A DNA stretch of 64,000 bases from Vicugna vicugna. Its lineage: Eukaryota. The DNA lies in contig MU061579.1 in NCBI GenBank assembly GCA_013265495.1, positions 6,672,124-6,736,123 on the forward strand. The letters run 5' to 3'. The translations under genes were made by a program, and so were the position numbers. Below, one piece after another: positions 25,120 to 38,000 of this stretch (within the stretch, counting starts at the first letter, position 1; each line of letters opens with the position of its first letter). The notes under the pieces were generated by a model that saw only the letters and a list, made by a program, of their open reading frames with translations, had not been told where the DNA came from and made no database searches.

Positions 25120-26350
25120 CTTTTCTCTGTAATCACTCCACAGAACCTACTGTCATCACAGTTTGCCTCTTTGTTGCACAACACAATGACATTTTAGTCC
25201 TTCTTTGTCCTAATCACTCAGCAGTATTTGTCCTCCTCTCTCTGTTTCCCTAACATCAACATCACTTGGTTTTAGTCCCTCTCTCGTGTTGCTTCTTCTT
25301 GGTCTCTTTCCAGGCTTACATTTTTGGACTCATCTTTTACATTCTAATGCTTCTCAAGATCTGTACTTCTCTTTCTCCTCACATTAAAAACTTTTATGAG
25401 CTCTTTTACTCATTCTTGTATCATCAGCCAGGACCTATTCTTCCAAATCTGTGTTTTTATCCCAGATTTCAATTCCTGATTACAAACCACATAGCCAGCT
25501 TCTTAATTTACATCTCTGCTTAGATATCCCTCAGGGATTTCAAACTTAACACGTCTGAAACATTATTCACCTCCATCAGAAATACTCCTGAATTCCCTGC
25601 CTAATCAAGAGTACGTCCACCTACTCAGTCACTAGAATCACTTAACACTATTATTTATTCTTCTAACTCCCTTAACTCCACAGCTACTCAGCCACAGTAT
25701 TCTGTCATTTTACTGACTTTATATTTCTTGAAATGGTGACCACTTTCCATTCTCCTTGTTGCTATTTTATTTAGACTATTGTCAAAGAGACATAATGGAA
25801 GAAGCATCTGATTTTTCAAACAAGATGAACATTTTTCCTTCATACCGTGCTGTGAAAAATACATAAGATAATACATAATGAATGCTCGATATTCAACTAT
25901 TAATAATCCCCTCAAAGGACTTGCTAATCATCACAATAAATACAAGTTCCATGGTATGGCCCACAAAGACATTTATGATCTGTTCCTCAGTTTTGTAACT
26001 TCTACTTTAAAATCTTCTGTTTGTTAATGCAAGCCAACTTACTTTTTCTAGAAGCACCTGTGTGTTTTATTCATCATGCAGCCCCGTGATCTTGAACATG
26101 TTTCACTGCAGCAATTTATGATGGCTGTCTAAAAATTTTTATCTATTCCCAATTTTTTCTAAGCTATGAACTCTTACAATTCTTTCCCTTGACACCACTC
26201 ACCCCCTCAGTCTTTATATATTTAACCATAGTATTCAGTTAATAGAATTATAAATATATGTTCGATTATTTGTCTCAGAGGTCTTATCTTAGTGGTTACC
26301 AAGCCTCTCCAATGTAATAGACACAAGTATATAAAAATGAATGAATGAAT
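25120..26350 (+). mobile_element. L2 LINE relic with (GAAT)n tail
   Basis: CATCTCTGCTTAGATATCCCTCAGGGATTTCAAACTTAACACGTCTGAAAC; ends ATGAATGAATGAAT. Confidence 0.7.
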
Positions 26351-26351
26351 G

Positions 26352-26790
26352 TGTCAGCTGAGGGGGGCTGAAGTGGGATTTGAGGAGGTGAGTGGCCCAA
26401 CTGGAAAAATGTGTGTGGAGCTGCCATACCGCGAAACAGACTGCACCAGGAGCTGACACGGAGTGAAACAGCACTTTATTCTGTTGCCACAAGGTGGTGC
26501 GCGTGGCGGGCGGCAGCGGCGGAGTTCAGTACTTTGTTCTAGTTTAACAAGATGGCGCCCCCGTGGCGCCCTTGTCCTGCTTTCATTTATTTTCTGCCTG
26601 CACATGCACAGTGTTCATTTTCTTTGTTCATGAGGCTTACAGAACACCATTAGTGCATGCGTATCTCTACTTTGTTTTAAAACTTATATAACCAGTGCAT
26701 GCATACAATCATTATTTACCTCATACTATAAGGATGTTGTTGTGACCCTGGCCTTGGGCCACACAGCCTACTCATTCAAGGCCACTGACA
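26352..26790 (-). mobile_element. Young CpG-rich solo LTR
   Basis: Terminal inverted repeat TGTCAG...CTGACA. Perfect 5-bp TSD GAATG at 26347-26351 and 26791-26795. Minus-strand AATAAA near 26475. Dense CpG at 26428-26570. Confidence 0.9.
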
Positions 26791-28029
26791 GAATGATTTA
26801 AGGTAGATATTCTGTGTATGACACTAAAAATTTTAGGAATATAATTGACACTCATGGCTTTAAAAGTAAAGGCGGCATGATAAAGCAGCAGATGGTTATA
26901 CTGATGACATGAAAAGACAAGATTTGGGTTTCTAAACAAAGATATGTTCTAGTATAATGATGAATAGACTCTTGGCAAGAATCTAAGAGGTCCTCTGGAG
27001 GACTGGAAATACTATTTGAGGTACTCATGAAGGGAAGTTCAAACTAAAATTTAAAGGAAAGAGAAAAACTAACTTGGGGAAAATAGAGGGAACAAGGAAA
27101 GCTAAAAGACCAATTCTACCATTGGAAAAACTATAAAATAATTCTCTGGAGAAAGTAATAGGTAAAATGTTACTTCTAGGTAGCTATGGGCTAAGAAATA
27201 GATGCTATAAGTTGATTAGGCTTGAAATTAATTCCTGGTATTTGCCTTGGAGGTTCTAGTCATTCATCAAAGTAGACTAGACTTGGATATTTCTATTAAA
27301 GCAAGAGAGTGTTAGAATAGCAGATAATCTAAAAACATAATTGTCTAGATATAAAATAACATACATTTGTAAGCAGCAATAAAATATCAAGATACTGCAC
27401 TCATCCTACATTAAAGAATCACAACTGAGAGGAGGCGATGGATATGAAGAACAGATATGTACAGTCTACTGAAGAAGTTTGGAGAATCCAGATTGTAGGG
27501 ACCTCTACTCCTCTTTGGGAAGTTAAGTCCAGGAAAGTAGCAAGAATCTAAAATTTTCCTATTGCTTGTATGATTCAAGGAGAAAAGATATGTATTAGAG
27601 AGTCTAAGCAAATGGGCTTAGGTCAGAATTATAGAAGGCATGTTTTCTCAGCAGGGTTCATGGAAGACTGAAATATTTTCTGCCAACAAAGTGAAGGTGC
27701 TTCACAGATCCAGGTGACTGAAAGGCCATGCGCAGTTGAGATGAAGAGGATGTAGCAATGACATTCATAAACTAAATTTCCCAGAGAAATAAAAAGGTAT
27801 CACTGGGTATCAGTGTGGAGTCTTTACAATACTTATGTCACTCAGAACATAGAGAAACTGATGAGGATGCTGAACTGGTTAAGATAAAGTTTCTGCCTCT
27901 TTAGAGGCAGAAGGGGAGTTTGTGATAGAAATTTAGTGCAGTTAAAAACAAAAACAAAAACCAATGGTATTACATTTTTTGCCCCCTAGGATTATATACA
28001 CTGCCCTTTCAAGCAATCGGGTAAAAAAC

Positions 28030-28270
28030 GGCCAAATAGAGTCTGGAAAAGAAAACATTCAAGGAAACATGATGGTTGTCTTCCAACATTCGAAGGAATT
28101 AAAAATGTAATTTCTGCTGGGTATAGTTTCAGGAGACAGATGATATTTTCAGTGAGTGGAAATTATAGAGTGACATATTCTTGGTAAATTAAGCAAACAA
28201 CCAATTATATTGGTGACAGTCTTTTAACAATGGAATGAACTCTGTATTGATACATTAAGCTCTGCCACTG
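28030..28270 (+). mobile_element. CR1/L3 3' relic
   Basis: CATGATGGTTGTCTTCCAACATTCGAAGG...AACAATGGAATGAACTCTG resembles the L3 ORF2 end. Confidence 0.5.
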
Positions 28271-29699
28271 AGACCTGGAAGAGAATCAATATGAAGGGCT
28301 ATAGAAGCAACTCTTCAGTTTGGAAGACAACAGTGTGCTAGTCTTTCTAATGTGCTATCATGATGGCATGAATTTTCACAGTATATCAAAGCCTCAGCAC
28401 ATGAAGTAGAGACAGTTACTCTGACTAGGAAACTAAAAGAGTGCCAAAATAACAAGAATTTTAACCTGTATCTTAACAAAATTTAAACAAAAAAGGACTT
28501 GTGAAAATATGTAAAAACACTCATCAGCTTAGCAAGTTCTGTTTGAACGGTTATGCCTTTTATGTTTTGCTGAAGCATTTATCCAACTCTGAGACTAATG
28601 TATGATAAGACTCTGTCAAGGATAATACGAGTTCTGTCACACATCTACAGCAATAAAACTTGAAATTATGTGAATTCATTCTTGTGGGGAAAGTAATGAC
28701 ATGAGGAATTCAACATTCACATTGGGAAAAGACTGTGTGAATAAAGAATGTTTGTCATTCTTGTCATGCTTTCCTAACTGTGACAAAGACATGTAGGTGA
28801 CAGAGCTGTAACTGAGTAGTTAATTCTTTTGCATCTTATCAGCTCTTTACAATGGATGATTAAACACTTGGCTAATCACAAGTTATTTAATGAGAGAGTT
28901 TTTATATGATTTTTTAATTTAAGAGTTGTTAATTCAGTGGCTGCAGGGATCATTTTATGAGATATCTCATAGAAAATGTTTTAAAACCACTGAGATATTC
29001 ACAAGCAGCATTCAATTATTCATAACTGTGTCTCTAGCATTATCTTACCCTCTATCCTTATGGACACTGGCTTGGATAATCATCAAAATAATTACTTCTA
29101 TCACACTGGATAGCAGGCATCATTAATTGAAAATTGTTGATGTAGAACAGCATCAATATTAGATCAACCGGTAGGAAATCTAATATATTCAATTAAAATA
29201 ATTCATAACAAAAACACAAGCTAATAAGTATAAATAGGGATGAGGATGCTAACAATATTCATTTATCATATTTAATACATTAAAGTTTATGCACACAAAG
29301 TTGATTTTTATATATGATTACTTTGATAAACAAAAAGAAGATATAATGAAAACATTTTAATTACTGGTGGAGGCTTTCAGTCAGTCATTTGCAGAATTAG
29401 CACTCAGAGCCTCAAGCTTGGTACACCTAATAGAGTTGTATTTCAAGTGCCATCAATAATTTCTTACAAATTTGGCTTCATTTGTTATTTGTTAGTTTAT
29501 ACTAAATGGTTCTTAAGCCACACATCATTCATAGACACTCAACATTACTCATGATTGCAAATGAAAATAGCACTGTAGGTACATAGCTACATAAAATGTC
29601 ATAGCTACATGGAATTGCATGGTAATTCCAGAAAGTGAGGTTTTCAATATATTTTTATTTTATCTTTGTCATACCGTTTCTTGTGCTGAACAATACACT

Positions 29700-29940
29700 A
29701 TATTAATGATATCTACTGTTCATGGAATGTATATGCTGTAACTATTTTAAGTGTTTTAAACATTTTCTCATTTGATCCATACAACACATGATACAGGTAC
29801 TATTTTATTCTAAGTTGACCACATGGAAACTGAGCATCAAAGAAGTTAACTAACTTGTCCAGGATGTCTAATAAGTGGAGGATCAGTTTCTAAGTAGGTT
29901 TTGAAGTCTATTCATGTCACCACTAATCTATGCTGACTCT
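29700..29940 (-). mobile_element. MIR SINE
   Basis: TCTCATTTGATCCATACAACA...GGAAACTGAG...AAGTTAACTAACTTGTCCAGG. Confidence 0.75.
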
Positions 29941-30289
29941 TGTACATGGTCCTTGTACTTTTAAAAAGTTGCTTAAATAAGTCTTTCCTTTTTATTTTCA
30001 CTTTTGGATGGATCCCCAGCTCTGAGAATGTTTATTTAATGCCTGAACATTCTAGAAAGAAACATCATACCATCCTTAGCAAATTTAATTGGTAGCCACT
30101 AAAAATCAGTTTAATGACCTTTAGGCTATCACTGACCTTGAAAGTATATAAAAACTTGAATATTGATTAGGAAAGTGAATATTTCTTTAGGAAGAAGAGT
30201 AATTTTAGAGTGTAGTAGTCTCTTTCCCTCTTTCAACTTCATAGTATGGTGGGATTACTTCCCTTAACCGAATCCAAGGACACCAACTA

Positions 30290-30775
30290 GTTTCTTGCCA
30301 CATAACTAACCACCACAAAATTTAAAGATGGAAAATAACAGCCATTGATTTTGGTTTTAATTATGTGGCTCAACCACTGGGGCTGCATTCAGTTGAGCAG
30401 TCCCTGGTTTCAGCTGGACTCACGCCTCTGCCTTTAGCTATGTGACAGATGAGGGAGGGCTGACCTAGGGAAAGTTCAGCTGAGATGGCTTATGTGGATT
30501 CCGTGTGGCCTCTCACCCTCCAGCTGCTTCGCCCATACTTATCCACATGGCAGAGGTGATAGGGCCCCAAGTGGGACAGTAGAAATATGCAAGATCTTCC
30601 GAGTACTAGCCTTGGGACTAGCCCAACAATGCTTTTTCCTGCTCAGACTAAGTCCCTTTTTAAGGGTGGAGAAGTAGACTCAACCCTCTGATGAGAGGTG
30701 CCGCAAAGTCATGTTGCAAAGAGTGTGGATACAGGAAGAGTAGAGAATTTGGGCCATTTTTGCACTTTACACCCT
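30290..30775 (-). mobile_element. MLT1 (MaLR) LTR
   Basis: CATAACTAACCACCACAAAATTTA...GGAGAAGTAGACTCAACCCTCTGATGAGAGG. Confidence 0.7.
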
Positions 30776-31655
30776 CAAGTGAAGTGTGCTCTGAAAGAAC
30801 CATCCAAAGAGTTTGGCCTGTATCTTTTGAAATGCTGAAAATTCAGAGCCTGGCACATGACTCACTGATGGAAAAAAATAAAATCAATGCTATAGGAAGA
30901 GGAAGAGAGATGACTCCAGAGGAAGAAAGCCCTACTACCTTGTTTGTAGTAACAAGTAGTCATGTTTTCTGTGGGACATGCATAAACCCCTCAGAGTTAC
31001 ACTGTAAGTCCTCTATCCAAAAAGACCTCCTTCAGGTGAGCCTCCTACGGAGTGGACTGCAGAAAAATAAGAGCAGAGGGGAAACTATAAGTAGCTAGAT
31101 AGCAAAGACTTTTGGTCCTGCTAAAAAAGTATAGTCAGAGGAACTCAATAGTTTGTATCTTAGAAGAATAACAACCAAAAAAAAATTTTTAATCCACAAT
31201 ATAGAATATAAGTATTGATGACTGTTGCCCACACAGCATATCATACTAGATTACAACTCCAGTAGTCAAGTAAAATTTTTCTGATCCTGTATGTCTTGTC
31301 CCTTAGGTTCAATAGTGGAGGTCTGAGGTAACAAAATAATTGGAGATGAGGACTAGGTCAGAAGAGCAAGGGTAGGTACTGAAGAATCCAGCACATCAGA
31401 AAGCAGCTAAGTGACACTGTGCAACCAGAATGCCACCATTTCTTACCACCTCTACCACCACTGCCCTGGTCTGGGGCATTAACTCTTAAGAATTATCACA
31501 TTAACTTCCTCCCTGCTTTTACCCTTGCCCACTACAGTCTATTCTTGACACAGCCAAAGTGATTCTGCTCAAAATAAAGTCAAACCATGTATTCCTCTGT
31601 TTAGATTCCCTTTCTCTTAGACTAAAAATCAAAGCCATAAAATGGCCTGAAGGCC

Positions 31656-34106
31656 TACAGCAGACATAAAGGTGTGCCGCTCAGATCTCCCTTAGAAAAA
31701 TAATTTGACATCCAGCTGCTTATATTAGCTGATGGCTTCTAGCTGAAGGACATCAGTATCTGCTGCAGCATTTAAAGCCCCACTCTTCCCAAGCAGTCCC
31801 CAGCCAATGACGCACATACAGTGGGGGTACTAGACCTGGCTATCTATTCCTGCCAACTGCAAAACTACTCTTATAGGCCATCTTTGCTCTGAACCATTAG
31901 TTTGGCTGAGAATATACCAAATATGAATCACAATGAGGTTGTCCCTGTTCAATTCTGTCTCCTTTCCTCTTGCATTTCACAGATAATAGATTTGCATTGC
32001 AGTCTGAAGCCTGTCCCTAACCAATTCTGCCCCTTTCTGCCTCTTTTTTAAGATACAGTATAATTGATTTACAATATTATATTAGTTTCAGGTGTACAGC
32101 ATAGTGACTCAGTATTTTTACAGTTCATACTTCACTAAAGCTATTACAAGATAACAGCTATAATTCTCTGTGCTATACAATATATCCTTGTTGTTTATGT
32201 ATTTGATACATCGTTTGTATCTCTTAGTCCTATTCCTCTAATATGCCTCTCCCTCTTCCCTCTCCTCTTGGATAGTTTGTTTTCTATATCTATGAATGTT
32301 TTGCTATATATATTTGTTTGTATTATTTTTTAGATTCCACATATAAGTGATATGATACAGTGTTTCTCTTTCTCTGCCTTATTTCACTAAGCATGATATT
32401 CTCTAGGTCCATCCACATTGCTGTAAATGACAAAATTTCATTCTTTTTTATGGCTAAGTAATAGTCAGTATAGATATATACCACATCTTCTTTAGCCACT
32501 TGTCTGTTTATGGACACTTGGATTGCTCCCATATTTTGGCTATTGTAAATAGTGCTGCTATGAACATCGGGGTGCATGCATCTTTTCAAATTAGTGTTTT
32601 TGGGTTTTTCCAGGTATATATCCAGGAATGGAATTGATAGGTCATATTGTAGTTCTATTTTTAGTTTTTTGAGAAACCTCCATACTGTTTTCCGTAGTTG
32701 CTATACCAATTTACACTCCCACCAACAGTGTACGAGGGTTCCCTTTTCTCCATATCCTTGCCAACACTTGTCAATTGTAGACTTTCTCATGCTAGCCATT
32801 CTGACAGGTGTGAGGTGATGTCTCATTGTTTTGATTTGCATTTCTCTACTATTAGTGATGTTAAGCAGTTTTTCATGTACTTGTTAGCCATCTGTATGTC
32901 TTCCTTGGAAAAATATCTATTCGTCTTCTGCTCATTTTTTTGATTGGCTAGTTTGGGTTTTTTTGATACTAAGTTGTGTGAGCTGTTTATGTATTTTGGA
33001 TATTAGTCCCTTGTTGGTCATATCATTTGCAAATATTTTCTCCCATTTGGTAGTGTTTTGTTTTGTTTTGTTTTGTTGATGGTTTCCTTTGCTATGCAAA
33101 AGGTTTTAAGTTTAATTAGGTCCCATTTGTTTATTTTTGCTTTTATTTCTAATAAATGAATTTAGCAATGTTTCAGGATATAAGATTAAGATATAGAAAT
33201 CTATTGCTTTTCTATACACTAATAATGAGCCATTAGAAAAAGAAAGTTCAAAAAATCATTTAAAATCACATCAAAAATTATTATAGAACCTAAGAACAAA
33301 CTTAACCAAGGAGGTGAAAGACCTGTACTCTGAAAAAAATAAAATACTGATGAAGGAAATTGAAGATAACACAAAAAAATGGAAAGATACTGTATACTCC
33401 TGGATTGGAAGAATTAATATTGTTAAAATGGCCATACTGCTCAAAGCAATCTACAGACTTCATGCAATTGCTATCAAAATACCCATGACAGTTTTCACTG
33501 AACTAGAACAAATAATCTTAAAATTCATATGCAACCACAAGAGACTCCAAACTGCCAAAGAAATCTTGAGGAAAAAAAGAACAAAACTGAAGGTTCCACT
33601 CTCCCAGATTTCAGACTACACTACAAAGCTACAGTAATCAAAACAGCCTGGTACTGGCACAAAAACATACACATACTTCAATGGAACAGAATAGAGAGCC
33701 CCGAAATAAACCCATGCATCTTTGATCAATTAATCTACAACAGAGGAAGCAAGAATATACAATAGAGAAAAGACAGTCTCTTCAATAAGTGGTTCTGGGA
33801 AAACCAGAATGAGATTAGAACATTTCCTCACATCATATACAAAAATAAACTCAAAATGGATTGACGACCTAACTGTACAACCTGAGGCCATAAAAATCCT
33901 AGATGAGAGCATGGGCAGAACACTCTTTGACATAAATCTTAGTAATATTTTTTGGATCTGTCTCCTAAAGCAAAAGAAATAAAAGCGAAAATAAACAAAA
34001 TGGGACCCATTCTTCATTTTTCATTCACAGGATGCTGCCCCTAATAAACTTCTTGCACTCCTAACTCTATATCAGCATCTGCTTGCTGGGGGACCCACAC
34101 TGACCA
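31656..34106 (+). mobile_element. LTR16-like ERVL solo LTR, split by an L1 and itself lying within an L2 relic
   Basis: 5' part 31656-32040 (CAGCAGAC...CCCCAGCCAATGAC). 3' part 34010-34106 (CCCCTAATAAACTTCTTGCAC...GGGGACCCA). L2-like sequence on both sides (about 31430-31655 and 34107-34510). Confidence 0.7.
32043..34010 (-). mobile_element. L1, about 2 kb, 5'-truncated and 5'-inverted
   Basis: 32043-33150 is antisense 3' UTR/ORF2 end. 33151-34010 is sense ORF2 (ORFs 33314-33637 [14 protein letters not shown] and 33529-33765 KTAWYWHKN). Confidence 0.95.
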
Positions 34107-34879
34107 TGACCTGGCCTTTGTGTTTCTGTGACCTTATGTCTCCTACTTTCCACCTCACTCTCTCTACTTTACCTTCACTGGCCTCCTCACCATGCTCTGA
34201 ATGTGCCAGGCCCTTTCTCTGTCTCCTCTGCCCACATATTAGCATGGCCAACTCTTTAACATTATTCGTATCTTTATCAAATATCAATTTCTCCACAAGG
34301 CCTACCGAAACTAATCCATTTATTTCTGCAACCTGACACTCTCCTACCACCATGTTTAGTACTTATGTTCTCTCTTACTCTGCTCAGCTTTTCCCATTTT
34401 CTCTAACGTGTAAGCTGAATTTAAGCTCCTTATGGGTAGAATCGCTATTTGGATCACTGAAATATCTCTAACACTAGCATGTGCCTGCCACGTCACTATT
34501 TTTTTTTAATATTAAATTCCTTCTTCTGTGCTATAGATGCAGCCTTCTTATCGGAGTCTGGCCCAAAATGGGAAAAGGAAAAGCTCTGAACTGAATAAAA
34601 GGTAGAAACTTTAAACCAAAAAGATTTTCAACACCTGTAATTGAGATCTGATTTACCTGGATGTGACAGGAAGACTGTGCAATTATCAAGATATTGTCAG
34701 GAACACATGACGAAGAATCAACAGGACAGGAGTGTTGAGGAAAAAAAATAGTTGCTTTCTGTTTGTATCCTGCTGAATCCAGTTAGTCCAATATATAATA
34801 TTATACACAAAACAACTACATTCTAATCAGATCTGTGGTGCACAAGAAATAAAATATAAAAACAAAAAACCTACAGAGT

Positions 34880-35060
34880 TAGAGAACTGAATTTAAGTCT
34901 AACCAGAAATGACTAGTTGGGTAAACTAAATGGATTTGTCTTCTCTCTGACAGATTTCTCACCTACAAAATGGTAACAGTTACACTTAATTCACAGGGGT
35001 CTTGTGTCACCCTAATCTACTCAAAATAGAGAAATGTAAAAGTAACCTGGAAACTATAAA
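34880..35060 (+). mobile_element. MIR SINE relic
   Basis: CAGATTTCTCACCTACAAAATGG...TCACAGGGGTCTTGTG. Confidence 0.55.
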
Positions 35061-38000
35061 AATTGTCATGTTGATATAATTTGAATTCACAAAGAAGTGT
35101 TGTTTTTTCTATGATTATTCTCTGATAAATATTTTTGGCTGATCTAAATCCAGAGCATGACAACTTATTAACAATTCCAACAAGTATATAGAAAAGAAAA
35201 AGGGAAAGAAATTGAAATAGTTTCCTTTATTAGATGTTTGTTTTACTTCTGGATCATCCCACCCATTTTTTTTTTTACAAATGACCCCTATCTACCTTAA
35301 AGATGACAATGGAAAATAAAGGAAAAACTCCTCACTCTTTTAGAAATATGAGAATGAATCAACTCAAAACCCTGCATATTCATTCAAGCAGAATTATTGA
35401 AGAGCACAAGATCTTTTTTTTTTCAAAAGGGAAAGTATTAAAAGACAAATCAGTGATGTGTTACTTGGAAGACATGAACAAGGGAGATGGACTTCCAAAA
35501 ATATAGAATTTATCACCACTATTTCAAAGATCTTTTAATTAAAAGGTAAACTCCAAATCAAGGTATGACTTGTATCGGCTCAGCCAATGATAATCATTTG
35601 AAGAGGAATAGACAGTTTGATATGTTTGAAGGATGGCTGTAACTCTTTGTTTCTACTCACAGTTTGAATTGGGTGGTTCTGAGTAGATGATAGAGTAGTA
35701 TGAAAAAACCAAAGTATAAAGAAATGTGCATGTTAGGTTGCAGCAATTTATTTTTGGCTGTTTCGTTACCTTAGTGATAATCTTGCAAGGTATTTAAATC
35801 CTGTTCATTTCTAAACACAATATTATACTCATTATAAAACAGACACACCATTTCACACACGAATTCTTTTGATGGTTTGATATTTTACTAATATTCACAT
35901 CCCTAAACCAAGTCTAAATAATAAAATGACAAAGAGATGGGTAGAAAAAATTTGTTCACTGATTTCAGCTGCTTCAGTTAGTCAGAGTCTATATGTTTGA
36001 TTCTTTTCCTGAATTAACCAGTGGTTAATGAACACAACTAATACAGCCAACATAAATAACTGATGGTGATAAATTATCTGACTTATCTGGGACCATTCTG
36101 ACTATTCTAAACCAATAGTCCATTCATTATTAACATCAACACAACAGTGGACCAGTCTAACAGCACATTTACTACTACTAGAAAACAACTGAATTGTTAG
36201 GAATGCCAAAATATTCTGAGTTGGATCTAATTCTTTGAGCACACTATTTACAACAACTTCTTTGAACAAAATAAATGATGTCAAAGACCCAAAAGTATTC
36301 ATCCTAATAAGGACAAATAACAAAAAGTCACAAAGTATCCCACATATAGTTTAGAGTTTTCATAAGTATATGTTTAATGACAGTAATCACTCTTCCTCCA
36401 CAGAAAAACAGCATTTATGTCTTTCAATAGCTGGGCCTGAATGATCTTATTCAGCTTTTTGATTTAATTTAATCTTCTGGTCCTAAGAGCAAGTGAAGAA
36501 GTTCCATCACAGCATGCAATAAAGTTCCTTATACTTCACTCTCTTGAGGTATATCTCAAGTCCCACTCCATCCAAAAGTCATTCCTATGTATTCCAGCCA
36601 ATTGGGGAGCACCTACTGTGTACGAGATCTGACTCTACTTTCAGGATGAATGAATAGTGATATAAATTACCTGCCTCCAGAAAACATATGCACCTCGGGC
36701 CTCAACTGTCTCATGAAGATTAAGAACATGGAACTTGGAAAGAGCATCTGACTCTGCACTGGAGAGAACAGGTCAGGGAAGACAGCACTGAGGAAATGAC
36801 AGTAGTGATGTGTAGTCAGGAACAAGAGTAAGGTGAGCAGCAGCAGTTTGCGATCAAAGAAGAAGAAAAGAGATGGAAGGAGGGAGATGAATTTCACTGT
36901 GTTTCAGTCTATGCTGGATTTAGAGCTCTCTTCTCTCTGGGCTTCTGCTCTGTTTCCCTCAAAGAGAAACAAACAGTTGTAGCTTCCCATTGTTATAAGA
37001 GTTCCACGGTCTATTGCAAACCATATTGTCAATTCTCTGCTTCTCCATCACTCTCACTCAGTACCCAGCACAGCACTGCGCACAGAGAATGTTCTCAATA
37101 ACCAATGGGTTAAGTGAAAATAGAAATTTCAGAATAGGAATTTTTTAAAGATTGTATATCACCTTCAAAAAACCACTGTAAAGACACATTCAATCTACAT
37201 CTTTATACAGATCCACACCAGTAGGTATTTCACCAAGTTCTTCATCTCCCTTCCTTTCTTGTTGTCAGAACAGCATGAGGATTTTGTGCATACTGACAGA
37301 ATTGAGTCTGTGATGCTAATTTCTTAAATAAAGTTTAACAGAGATCAGTGCCAAACTGCCTTTGATGCTTCCCCAAAGTACAGAAAGGGCAATGTGGCTT
37401 AGGGATAAAAACTGACCATTTTTCACCCCAAAATTATTCTGTCATTCCATGTTGAATGAAGCAATTCTATTTTTTAAAGTTATTTGTAGACACTTCGAAG
37501 AGAAAAGATGCTGTCAACGTATGTTAGCATCGATTTTTTTTTCTGGCATAAATGCTGAAACTGGAAAAGTAGATATTAAAAAATAGACATATCTCTAGAT
37601 TTGATTTTTGCTTTTTTTGAGGTTTCTGTCTGACATTCAACCTTTTTCAAAGCAATTACAGTAACAAAATAATATGCTTATTAAGAATGTATTCCCTTTT
37701 AAAAGACTGGTTTTTTATTTGAAGAAGGAAAAGAAAGGATTTTAAACAGAGAACCCAGTGCATAATATTTTAAATTAGAATAAATATTTTAAAAGGTAGC
37801 CACATTAGCAAAGTTTTCAAATTATGCCAAAACATGAGAGCATGTTGTAATTCTAAAAATGCAGAAATTGCTGCCTTAAGTGATATGCAAATAGACTTAT
37901 CATTCAGGTATGGCCTTAAATAACATTCATTTCCCTGAAACTCATAATTAGGTCAAATACACCATTATCATTCACCTTGAGGTCGGTTAAGAAAGTACAG

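Noticed and set aside
26420..26580. CpG-island promoter of a host gene
   Set aside because: It is short and entirely contained in an LTR with a TSD.
33314..33765. Functional reverse-transcriptase gene
   Set aside because: It is a frameshifted internal fragment of L1 ORF2 in a truncated, inverted copy.
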